Positions 12,745 through 24,260 of a DNA stretch of 64,000 nt are shown here, piece by piece. A program made the position numbers and the translations under genes. Below the pieces are notes generated by a model. The model was not told the DNA's origin and ran no database searches. It saw nothing but the letters and a program-made list of their open reading frames with translations. Source of the stretch: Cenococcum geophilum (Eukaryota). How positions within the stretch are numbered: the first letter of the stretch is position 1; the number at the start of each line of letters is the position of its first letter. Location of the stretch: contig CP158635.1 in NCBI GenBank assembly GCA_050273025.1, forward strand, positions 6,386,001 to 6,450,000. Direction: 5' to 3'.

Positions 12745-13905
12745 TATTACTTTAAGTAATATACCTAAATAACTAGTCTAGTGTATGGTTTGTATAACAT
12801 ATAATAATAACGGGGGGATCTCCTATTGTTATATTGCTAAGCAACGCCTTTAAAGCCACGTTTTTCTAGTGCCTAGAGGTCTTTGGATTATTATAAGACG
12901 CTTTATAAGAACTCGTTTTAGTATAGTGGCTTAAGATTTGTTAAGCCCTATAGTAGTTATATCTAACCAGTCTTTAAAAATGTAAACATTCTTAAATAAG
13001 GAAGTATTCTTAATAGCTATAATTAAACTAAGATCCGTATAAGGCTTATTTATGACGTATTATAGTACTTTAATATTCTATTAAACTTAAATAAGGTGTT
13101 TTAATAACGGGAATCTATTAGTGGTTAGATATCTTCTTATTTAGAAAACATTACACACTTATAGCTCTCTTATTAGCTTTTGTAATGCTAATATAGTATA
13201 ATAACTAACTTTATAAAATCTAGTTTATTCCTTAACTATCGTCCATAATACGGATAAGTTAATCTTAATATCTTTAGGTCTTAAAGAATAAGTTAACCTC
13301 TAGAGGATTCTGTTCTAATGCGGCTAATAGTCTCGCCGCCACTATTACGAGTATATATTTCGTTTGAAAATTGTTAGTCTTAGGAGTTAAAGCAACTAGA
13401 GACCTAGTGATTAGTCTTTTTAACTAATCCTAATAGATTATCTTCCCTACTCTCCTAAGTAAGAACGCCACGCAGATTACTAGCCCTTAAGGTGAAAATA
13501 TTACTAAGCTAGTATAGACCTTGTAGATGTTAGGGGATAACTGCTTTAGAATTATAGCAGGCTTACCTGTTTATATATACCGACTCCATTACTATATCCA
13601 GATTCCAGCAAACTAAAAAGGGTTTGCTCTAATTTGACCTACTACCTCTCTTAACGGTTTAATCGTGTCTTCTTTTAAAAGATTGTATTAAGAGCTTAGA
13701 TACTCCTTTATTAAGCCATATAGACCTAAGATCTTATTAACTTATAGTAGAATATCTCCGTTTTTGCTAATGATATTCTGGCCCTTATTAGGGATATTAA
13801 GTATTTTGGTAGAGGTTAGGACCTCTAATCGTACTAACTAGGCTCTACTAGTTATAGGCTGACTAGGCGTCTTAAAGTATTAGTAAATATAGTTACTAGT
13901 ACATA
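12745..13905 (-). pseudogene. 5' fragment of an Hrr1/SAD-3-type (UPF1/ZNFX1-like SF1) RNA helicase, RIP-inactivated and truncated
   Basis: De-RIPed minus frame: W..EVPTSAEIL..NKISGPYGSIEEYLSSQYDLLKEDTIKPLREVV, intron, VAFSLGRVGKIIRWDQSKRLITGSLVALTP..VAARPL..LEQNPPEVDLFF..EERTGFYE..HTMLALQKLMREP, intron, FPLSKHL..RLAIIQGPPGTGKT (Walker A 12,859-12,885)..DPPVII.CHTNHALDQLFRHI. Similarity stops before the DEAA motif. Confidence 0.85.
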
Positions 13906-14279
13906 TTAAGCTGCCTAGAAAGGATTTATATATATAGAACTATAGCACTATAGCCTAGAGGCTGTATACGCATTATTATACGTAATATAATATAATAAAT
14001 ATATAAAAAATATATAAAAAAAAAGTATTGATAAATCTGGGTGCTGAATTGAGCTTATAGACGGAGACGTAAAAGGAATAGGAGGTTGTAAGTCTGGGTG
14101 GTATAGTGGGTGAAGAAGCGTTTGCTAATACGCTTATTTATTTCTTATAAGACATTTAACTAATTATTTTATATAATAACTAAACAATATACCTGTCTAC
14201 ATAATTCTATACATTAGTCTTGGCGCGTAATTAAGACGTCTTTCCTACCGTACCTCCCCTAACGCTTCTAGAATTATAG

Positions 14280-16083
14280 CACTAATAATAGACCTAAGCT
14301 ATGACACTAAAGACACTCTTAAGCGAGATCTAGGGCTTATGAACGAATAATACAATACGATTTACTATAATGTTGAAATCAAAATGTCGACGCGTGGGCT
14401 CCTTAGATAGCTACTACGCTCCCTTATAAGTAAGGCATAAATACGGCAAATATCAAACGAAATCTCTAATGAATTCCTATCTGTGTTTCTAGGTTTACCT
14501 AAGAACCTACGTACTAAATATGTTAAATAGCTTGCCTAGCGCTATAGCTATAACGCGATGCGTTGAACAAACAAAACGGCTCCTACTAGGCAAATTATAA
14601 TAGGCAACTTAGTACTCCTACACTCCGCTATTGCATATTATCTACTAGCCGGCATACTAAAGGTAATAAGGTAGGAGGGAATACTAAGGTTATATAGAAT
14701 AATAATAATACTAATCCGGTAGGTAGCTAATGAAGAGCTAATAATTATCCTAATCCAAAAGCTAGCGACTAGTAAGAATAACGCTCTAAATATACACGTT
14801 AATAATCTAAGCTTTAATACATTTATAAACATGCTAGGCTAGGATATTAACTTTAACCCTAAGAGCGAAACGCTTTGCTACTATGTTGGCGATAAAATAG
14901 CTAGAGGATGAATTCAGCTTATAAATAAAGAGAAATAGCGCAGTATAGTTAAGGATATATTTCTATAAGAAATAGATAGGTTTTTATTTATAATAGAATA
15001 AAGAAGAACAAGTAGGTTACTGCTTAAAGTTAAGCCAGCGTCACTAACTCGTATTTATAGTCTGCGCTACTAGCTAAGAACAATATAATTACTTACCCTC
15101 TATTTCCGTACCCTTGCCTTTACTAGACAACTCGTACTCTATATATATAAGAATAGGTAGAACTAGTAAACAGGTTAATACTAAGGTAATACTTAACCTA
15201 TAGCTGTCCTAAAAAACCTCTCCTAGTTAAAAAAGAGCCCTTACTCTACGCCTTAACCCATAATAGAAAAGGCGAAGGTAACTATAACTATAGCATGGAT
15301 TATGCGCCTTAAAGCCACTACTTTATCTAGAATACTTACTAGTTTAATAGATCACTATATATAAAGGTAGACGGCTTAATAGAGCCCCTTAGTGTACTAT
15401 TAGGTAAGGGAGTCTTAGAACAATATAACCCGAGATATTCTTATAACTTATCCGGCATTCTTAAAACGCCTAAGGGGATTAGACGATAAAGCCTAAGGTT
15501 TATACCCGTTCTTTTTAGTAAACTTATTAGGGTAATATATATTAATACCGTCCCTAGTTCACTCTTAGTATCTAACACCTAATCCTTATATCTATACTTG
15601 CGCTTTCCTTACTATTTTACTAAATTTAATTACTATTGCGATATATATATAGGGGATAGGTTAGGCTTACTATAGGCTAGTGGGGTTAACAACGCGGAAG
15701 AATAACGTTGGATATTTATGGTAGAAATACTAGGTATTGTATAAGGGTGTAAAATATGGCGATATAACTATATAGAAGTGTAATTGCTATCCTATATACC
15801 GCCTATGCCTACCCTAGTATTATCTACACTAGCAAGCTATATAGATAAGGTAGATAAGCTTTACTTTAAGCGCGAGACGGGTGTTAAACCTAGTATAGGT
15901 GGACTGGAATAAAGTATAGGATCTAAAAGCCAGCGCCTTAGGTAGGTAAAGTGGTTTAATAAGGTACCTCCCTATTAAATTTAGACATAAGCCTTACTAG
16001 CCTACTACTTTTATTGCCGGGATTAACGTTTAACCTTTTATATATATATACCATATCTATTAAGGGATATACTAATAGAATAA
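14280..16083 (+). pseudogene. One or two RIP-decayed genes of unknown function
   Basis: Long protein-like + frames (~14,280-15,060 and ~15,294-16,083) whose stops are RIP-type TAA/TAG, e.g. LKRDLGL.NE.YDTIY.NVEIKMSTRGLL. No family recognised. Confidence 0.4.
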
Positions 16084-16706
16084 AATAGTTTCGCGTATAA
16101 TAGTAAATAGTATTAGACAATCTTTAACTATACAATAATATTTTCTTAACTACTAACTTAACGCGAGTTAATAGGTTATAGTCGCGGCTTAACCGTAACC
16201 AGTTAAAACTAGCAGCTAATTATAATAAATACACCCCTATTTAAGTTATTTGCAAGCACTATAGCAATAATACTCCTACTAATACTGCTATTAGTCCAAT
16301 ATATACCATACCAGTATATATTTTTTTAAGTTATTAATCTATATACGCCCTAGATATTACAAAAACAGCTATAAGGTAACCTATTCTAGCTATAAGCTAT
16401 ACCTTCTACTAACTAGGCAAATATAGGAGTGTTACTATAGCAGGTAAACGTAAAAATGTGTTATTAAACACTTAAACTAGTAGCAAGAACCCTACTTTAA
16501 GTTAATATAAAATAAGGAAATAAGGATAACTAGTATAATTAACCTTATGTCTTTACCTAGCCTACTACTAGGAGTTACCTATGTCCTAGCTAACGGAAGG
16601 AAGAATACGCTAATAGAGAATAAGTATATAGAACTTAGCTAGGATAAGTATATAGAACCTAGCTAAAATAAGCACGTAGAACCTAGCTAGAACGAGTAAT
16701 ATTATA

Positions 16707-17012
16707 ACTCTAGTCTAGTTATATCTAGGCGTAAAGAGGAGCAGGCACGTAATAGACCCCGTTAATATTAAATATAATATATTAAGCTAGCTAATAATGT
16801 ATAGAATATATATAGCCGCCTCCGGCTTAAAAGGGTAATATCTAATAATAAGAATAGCGACTCTAGTCTAGTTATATCTGGGCGTAGAGAGAAGTAGGTA
16901 TATAATAGACCCTATTAATGTTATATATAATATATTAAGCTGGCTAATAATATATAGAATGTATATGGCCGCCTCCGGCTAAAAAGGGTAATCTTTAATA
17001 ATAAGGATAGTA
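16707..17012. repeat. 153-bp direct tandem duplication (2 copies)
   Basis: ACTCTAGTCTAGTTATATCT.. starts at 16,707 and at 16,860; the copies differ mostly by transitions. Confidence 0.9.
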
Positions 17013-18744
17013 ACTATAAGTCTACACCTACTTCTTCTATAAAACGACAGCGACTAAATATTAATAAATCTACTAAATCTATTAATGATCTAGTAGTAGA
17101 ACTAGCTCAGTTAAAGATATAAAGTCCCAATTTTTTAGTTAAGGTAGGTTATACCTTTATACATAACCAGAGTCTAACTATAATACTTAATAGTCTCCTC
17201 TACTATTTAGCACTTGGCGAGCCCTAGTAAATAAAATACTCTCTTTACTATTTAACCGCCCACCGCTATAAAAAGCAGCATCTTTATAATATACCTCTGG
17301 CTCTTAATAATTATGTATTAGTTTAAAATACTCTCTTACGCGCCTAATCCGTACCTTACCGCGTAAATAATTGCGTACTAGTTTAAAATACTCTTTCGCG
17401 CGCCTAATCTAAACCTTATTGCGTAAATAACTAATATTTAGCTTTATATTCTCCCTAGTAAGCCATGTTTGCCTAAACCCTAATATAGCTTCGTCTATAA
17501 AATAAGTAACCTCCCTCTAATATAGAGTACACTAATCTAGTGTTCAATCTAAAGGGGACCTAGATAGCACTAGGGAAAGTAAGGATAAGTTAGACTATAA
17601 CGATTTTAACCTAACTGCCATAATACGGGTAAGAGAAGAGTACCTCTAAACATTATAACGGCGATATATAAAAGAAAACCCACCTAAGAGATATAAGCCT
17701 ATATTTACGCTTTATAGGTCTATTTTATTAACAAGGCTAGTAACTAACTCTAGGACTTATAACGGGTATCTTATTAACCTATAGTTTAACCGCTTTCTAA
17801 GCCTTATTAAGGATATAATAAAAAAGGCATAGTTAGAAGCTATTTTAAAGCAGCCAAAAGTAGTATAAAAAAAAGCTAATCGTATTTCTGACCCGGTGTC
17901 CACTTATAAGGTATCTATATACTAGAAATATTGTATTAAATTATCCACTAATAATCTTAATATTATATATAGCTATTTAATGTAATAGGGAACTTTAGGA
18001 ACTACGTAATTATAAAGGCTTATATAGTTATAAGGGAGGTATATAGGCTAGGGTTTAACAACGCGCCCAAACTAATCGTAGAACTACTAACTAATTATAA
18101 TTTTATTGCGCTAGATTATATAAAGGTATTTTGCCCGTGCTATTTAGTAAAATGCTAATAAAAGTTAATAGCTAAGTAATAACCGCTTCCGTTCTAACGT
18201 AATAGTTGCTAGCATAGCTAGTATATTTTACGGTAAAGGAAGAAACGGCCTTACCTAATTACCCTACTCTTATAATATGTTTAAAAAGCTTACTAGTAAT
18301 ACTATTGCTTTTATTTTAATAGCAATATATTATACAATTAGGGAGTATAGAACTAGGTCTAAGGGAATAAATAACTTTTATAGCACTATTATTAGCGGTT
18401 AGTATATATCTGGTATTTTACTACCTATTATTATTCTCTAACCCGTTATAGAAGCCTATGCTAACCTCTTAGGCAGCTAAAACTAGATATTTAGAAAACG
18501 GCAATTTAGAATCTAGCTGCGGCTTTAGCCCGTAGTTATTAAATATACTATAGGCCTAATACCAGATTAATTAACTATAGAAATTATTAAGGACCCGTAT
18601 AAAGATAACCTTAACAACCTTATAGCGGATCTAAGCAATAATATAAGAGAGAGGTTCCTTATAAGCCTTAGCAATAATAAAACTGACGTAATTATTAACT
18701 TAGGCTATTTATTAGTGAGCCGGGCTATACTATCTAATTTACTA

Positions 18745-18875
18745 AGTTTATCTTAAAGGGAAAGCTCTAGAGTAGGCTAGACTAGTTTACTAAGTCTATC
18801 CTAAATAGAGAGCTCTAGAGTAGGCCAGACTAGTCCACTAAGTCCGTTTTAAAGGGAGAGCCCTAGAGTAAGCTA
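18745..18875. repeat. 42-bp tandem repeat, about 3 copies
   Basis: The unit ~AGAGCTCTAGAGTAGGCCAGACTAGTCCACTAAGTC recurs at 42-bp spacing. Confidence 0.8.
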
Positions 18876-19597
18876 GAAAATCTAGGGCCCTACTACTACT
18901 ATAATATTTACTAATTTAACTTTTAGAACTAGCTAAGTTTGTTAAATTTAGCAGAATATACATCCTCTGCCCTAGTATACCACTTTATCCTAAATATAGG
19001 AACCAGCAAGCCTAGGCTAGAAAGGTTTAAATCTAATAAGTTATTTATATAATTTAAGCAGTACTATAGCCTTGCAGAGAATAGCTATAGCTAGTATAAT
19101 AACGGAAAAGTAATATTAAATTTAATTAAGAATAAGGAGTAGTATATAAAGTTTATAATATATACTCTGGACTCTAGTATAGAGGAGCTGGTAGAGTTTT
19201 TAGTAGAAAATTAGGTGTAGGACTTTTTATACTCTCCTATAGGATGACTGCGGCTTCTTTATTATATATACTAGCTCTTAATCTACCTTTCTTTTAGCCT
19301 ATATCTGCTACTCTTAGTAGCTACTTTTTAGCTATATATATATGCTATACTAGTAAAGCTAAATACTTATAGTATATTATTATCGTAGGGAGAGTAGGAA
19401 AGGTCTTATACTTTTAGAATATATTATAAAACAGTTGGGATATTATATTAAATTGTCTAAAATAATATAATAGATTATATAAAAAAGTGTATATAATTTG
19501 CCTTGCTAGCCTTATAAATAGCTTTAAAGTAGCCTTTGTTTATTATCTAAAATATACTGTTAGTATAAAAGAGGTAGATAGCTCTAAATACAATTGT

Positions 19598-19667
19598 GGT
19601 TGCAGGTTGCGTGTAGGTTGCGCGCAGGTTGCGCGCAGGTTACGCGCAGGCTGCACGCAGGCTGCGT
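19598..19667. repeat. 11-bp GC-rich tandem array (GGTTGCGCGCA), about 5-6 units
   Basis: Directly visible. It marks the right edge of the multigene cassette and is only weakly RIP-mutated. Confidence 0.85.
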
Positions 19668-20269
19668 GTCAAAAAAACACGACATAGGCTAGTCGGTTAA
19701 GTTGCTAAATGCCCTCAACTGCGCGCCAATTGCGTCAACCACCAACCATTGAGGCCATTGGTAGGGTACCATATTTTGCCGATAATACTTTTTATTTATA
19801 ACTAATAAAAGCTAAATTCTACCTTTTATTAGTAATATATAGAAATAGGTAGTTCTATATTAGTTTTATTTTGATATTTTTATATAGGTAATATATAAAG
19901 TAATTTTCTAATTTTTCTTCTACTTTATACCTTTAAAGCCTATTTAATCCTCTACCATTAATAATATGTTATTCTTTTCTTAACGATAATTTTAACTTAT
20001 TGCTTTAGCTTTACTAAATAAAGAAGCGGGCTTAGAAATAACTTAGCGCGTCTTTAATCCTAAATTTCCACTTCTAGACTAGGTTAATAGTAGATCTTAA
20101 TACTATTAAGGATCTTATTAAGGAATAGCATGTAGAGATAACAAGATTAGGTGCTACTATTAAGGAGTTTAAGGAGTTTAATAGGTTTATTATAGTATAT
20201 AATAGAAACTTATAAATCTAATTCTATTTTAATATATCTATCCCTTAACCCGCTAACGTTTATAAAGTA

Positions 20270-21273
20270 AGCAGTCTATATAGAACACTAAGATTAGAGT
20301 AACGCGTATAGGCCGCATAGATTTAATTAATATAAACCATTAAGTATGCCTTCTAATTGTACTTCTAATAATATAGACCTTGTTAAGCTGACTCAATATA
20401 ACGTTTAACTAAATCGTATTTTAAAAAATCGTCTCCTAGAGCCTTAGCCATTGCCTAATTTCAACCCTCTTTATATTAGCTATATACTCCTAAGCACGAC
20501 AATTTTAATACATTGATTTGGTAAATCCTAATCGATAATATGTAGACGAATTTTGGCGGATTAAGGGATAAGGGTAATAGTCCTACTCGGCCCTATATAA
20601 ACAGCGCTTAAATAGTAGCTTAAATTCTAGGTAGGGTACCTATCTTAATCTTATACAAAGAGCTATTACTATCTTCTTAATTTTACTAATATTAACTAAG
20701 CTAGAACTAGTATTTTCTAGCTTAAAGTATAAAAGGATACCTAAAAGGATATACTTAAAGGTAATAATAGTAGAGATAACGGAGTATATAAAGAGCTAAG
20801 TAAAGATAACACTAGAGATAGAGTAGGCTCCCTTAAGCGGCGTTTTTAGGTAGAGTTACTTTATTGATAAAGTAGTATATAGAGATAACTCTAAGGGCTA
20901 AGGGTTCACTAGAAGAGGTTCTAAAGTAATATTATATATTTATGGCTAGCTGCAGAGGTATTAAGGGACGTAGAAGAGAGTCTCCTTTATATTTAAGGTA
21001 TTTATCTAGCTAATTTAATACCTAAAGTAGTTATAATATAATATTATATATAACTAATAGCGTATAAGTTAAAATCTACCTCTCTACTATTAAAACTTAT
21101 TAAAATATTAAAATTAACTTAAAATAGAGACCTATTTTAGTTTCTATATTTCTATATATTTCTATCATCTATTAGAAAAAGTTTCCTTTTACTATTTATC
21201 TAATATTGACTTCTAAGTTAATAGAAACTATTCTACTCTTTACTCTTTTATTCTCTATTTTATATATAGTATC
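20270..21273 (+). mobile_element. Internally deleted DNA-transposon relic, possibly piggyBac-like
   Basis: ATGCCTTCTAATTGTACTTCTAATAATATAG at 20,346 is homologous to 60,569. The MPSNRTS..PLP.F.PL N-terminus and a decayed Cys-rich tail resemble fungal piggyBac transposases. Termini not resolved. Confidence 0.35.
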
Positions 21274-21810
21274 TATAAGGTATAACGGAACCTTATAGCA
21301 GGAACTACAATAGGCTCATTATTAGGCTAGGTGTGTAGGTGATATAAGTTAAAGTCAACAATAAATAACAACTAGTGGAGTGGTTGCCTAATAGATTAAC
21401 TCTAATTGTATTCTAAAAATCACTATAAGGAAGGAACTATTTAGGTAGGGACTAAGGGTCCTTAAATACACAATCGTACTCCTATAAAATCCTTCTTATA
21501 CGTAATATACGTCTTATATATAAGGTACGTAAGTTCCTCTTATTCCCCTTATTTAATATATAGCATATTATATAACCTTAATTACTATTCCTTATTATAT
21601 AGTTCTATTGGCTCTATCCTAGACCATACCTAAATTAACCAACTAGCTTCTTCCGACTCCTCTCTAAGTAGTTATAATATTATACTTAAAGCGTCCGTAA
21701 CACTATCTCCCTCCCTTTTATCTTTGTCCTTAAAGATTTAAAATATCTCTAAGTTGTTTACTAGAGGTATAATATCCATTTAATTAATTTGGTTAATATC
21801 TTTACTTATT

Positions 21811-22484
21811 ATACCTAAAGTAATTTCTTCTTTACACGCCCAACGTCGTGCTCGCACTATTACTGCAATATTATCTCTTAGCGAGATTATACCGTCTTCG
21901 TGTTCGCGTTGTTTAAAAGAGGGGTTAGTTTATATTGCGTTGGCGAACCTATCTTTATAATAACTATTCTCTTACTTAAAGTGCACTAAAGCGAATATTT
22001 ATTTATCCTATAACGTTTACTTTACTTCTAATGCTAAATATACGTAACCTATTACTCTTAATAGTTATCTAGTTCCCTAATTAATTTGTCTTAGGGTCTC
22101 GTATTTAATCTACTGCTATATAGCTAGATAGTAAACTGTCTTAAGCCCTTACTAAGTTAGAACGTTCTTGGGATGCGGAATAAAAGGCCTTAGATACTCG
22201 TCTGCTCGCTTGCTCCGTCTTAAGAAGGTTTATAAAAAGGTCTGTTTTAAGGAATAGAAACTTATAAAATAGGGTCTATAGGAACTTAGTAATAAAAGAA
22301 CGGATTCTCTTTTAATAGAGAAGGAAATAGATCTAAGTAGTTCAGCAACTGCTCTTCTTAGGTCCCCTTTAGGTAACTTATTCTTTAGTAATCCTTCTTT
22401 ATTAATACTACCTAACCTAATTTCTTCCGATACTCCTATACCTTTCCTATAGTATTCTTTAAATTTTTTAGTAGTTTTTAGGTA
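21811..22484 (+). pseudogene. Antisense accessory gene of A1 (Cys6 cluster + coiled coil, one intron)
   Basis: De-RIP reading: MPKVISSSHAQRRARTIAAILSLGEIMPSSCSRCSKEGLVCIAL..SSCSECTKANI.SSCDV.SASDAE, 55-nt intron, WSRIQSAA.RLDGELSQALAELERS... The end is approximate. Confidence 0.7.
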
Positions 22485-24260
22485 GTCTTAGTATAGCCTA
22501 TCTACTTAACCTTATACCATATTTTATTATTAACGTCCTTATAACTAACGATCTTTAAAACTTATTATTTATCTTCTTCCTATCCTCTATATGTATCTAC
22601 TTTATAAACCGGTGGCTTAATATTCCTGTATACTAGCTCTAGTATTGCAATATGCTATATAGGGTAGATCTTTATTTTGGCTAGTAGGTTTAACTTAAAT
22701 ATAACCAGTAAAATTCTCTATATAATTTTAAAAGGTTTTAGTCTAACGTAGTCTAACTTTTTACTTAGTTATCGACTCTTAAAATTTTTGTATAATAGCT
22801 ATACTTTATCTCCCTCCTTAAGATCTAGTCCCTTAGATTTCTTATTATTATAGTACCTTTTTATTCTCTCTTATACTTTCTTTACTAATTCTATAAGGTC
22901 TATATAAAGATTTATTAATATCTTTATCCTTTCTTTAGCTGTGCTACTTATTTTCTTCGCTTATTATAGTAATAACGATATTCTTAGCTTATACCCGTAA
23001 TTTGCCTTAAATAGTAATATACCTATTCCTTCTTAAGGTGTTGCATTATATATAAACTATATAACTAGTAATAATAATACCTAATTATTCTATGCGTAAT
23101 TAATATAGTGCCTTAAATACTATTCTAGCGTCTAATTTAATCTTTCTATTTAACCGTCTGTCTGCGGATAATATGCGGTAGAAGTTACTGCTCTAACTCC
23201 TTATTCCGCTAAGAATACCTTCTAAAATGCTACTATGAATCTTAGATCTCTATCCAATATAATCTTACTTAGTACTCTATATCTTATAAATACTTCTTTA
23301 ATATAGATTCTAGCGACATCTTCTACTAATATTTCTTCCGTACATGCTATAAAGTATCCCTACTTTATAAGCTTATCTATTATTACTAAGATCGCATTAT
23401 AATTTTGTTTAGTAATAGGATCTTTTAATTTTAGTAACTTAATAATAAAGTCCTATAATATAACCTCCTATAGTCTCTCTGGTATTTTAATAGGTTATAG
23501 CCCTCTATATAGCTTATACCTTATTAGTTTATTTCTTTAGCAATCTAAATATTCCTTAGTAATTTTTCGCGCTAAGCCCTAGATTTTATTAATAATATAC
23601 TTATTACGGACGCTTTAAGTACAATATTACGACTACTTGGGGAAGAGTTAGAAGAAGCTAGTTAGTTAATTTAGGCACAGTCTAGGATGGAGCCGGTAGA
23701 ACTATATAACAAGGAATGGTAACTGAGGTTATATAATGTGCTATATATTAAATAAGAGGAATAAGAGGAACTTACGTACCTTATATATAAGACGTATATT
23801 ACGTATAAGAAGGATTTTATAGAAGTACGGTTATGTATTTAAGGACCCTTAGTCCCTACCTAGATAGTCCCTTCCTTATAGTAATTCTTAGAATATAATT
23901 AGAGTTAATCTATTAGGCAACCACTCCACTAGTTATTATTACATTGTTAACTTTTATACTTGCATTTCCTATACACCTAGCCTATTAATAAGCCCATCGT
24001 AGTTCCTACTACAAGGTTCCGTTACACAATTACTACTACGGTTATAGTATTAATATAGAAAGTCAAATAACATGCCACCAAAAGCAGCTACCACAACGCT
24101 ATTAACGGCGGCAACTACTTTAAGGTTAAGTAACGACACTAGTATAATAGACACTAACTTATAGCAACCTATAACGGTTAGACAGCTATAAGAGATAGTT
24201 AACTAGTTAACAGAAAATAATGCGATGTTAGAAAATAGGATTAATAGAATAGGCGCAGTA

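Larger units (their letters stand above)
16450..19220 (+). pseudogene. RIP-decayed gene with internal coding repeats and a DUF6532-like domain
   Basis: ~18,085-18,400 de-RIPs to LTDYNFIAPDY, intron, DRFRSDVIVASIAGIFYGKG..G..MFEKLTGNTIAFISTAMHHAIREYRTG, a pattern I associate with fungal DUF6532. Two intron-like segments and in-frame 24-, 153-, 60- and 42-bp repeats are present. Confidence 0.5.

Noticed and set aside
5895..19770. Definitive Starship call
   Set aside because: No DUF3435 tyrosine-recombinase captain or element boundaries are visible in this window, so it is kept only as a hypothesis.
19700..19775. Possible Helitron 3' hairpin (ACCAA..TTGGT) at the cassette edge
   Set aside because: The stem is weak, no CTRR terminus follows, and I found no Rep/Pif1 motifs.
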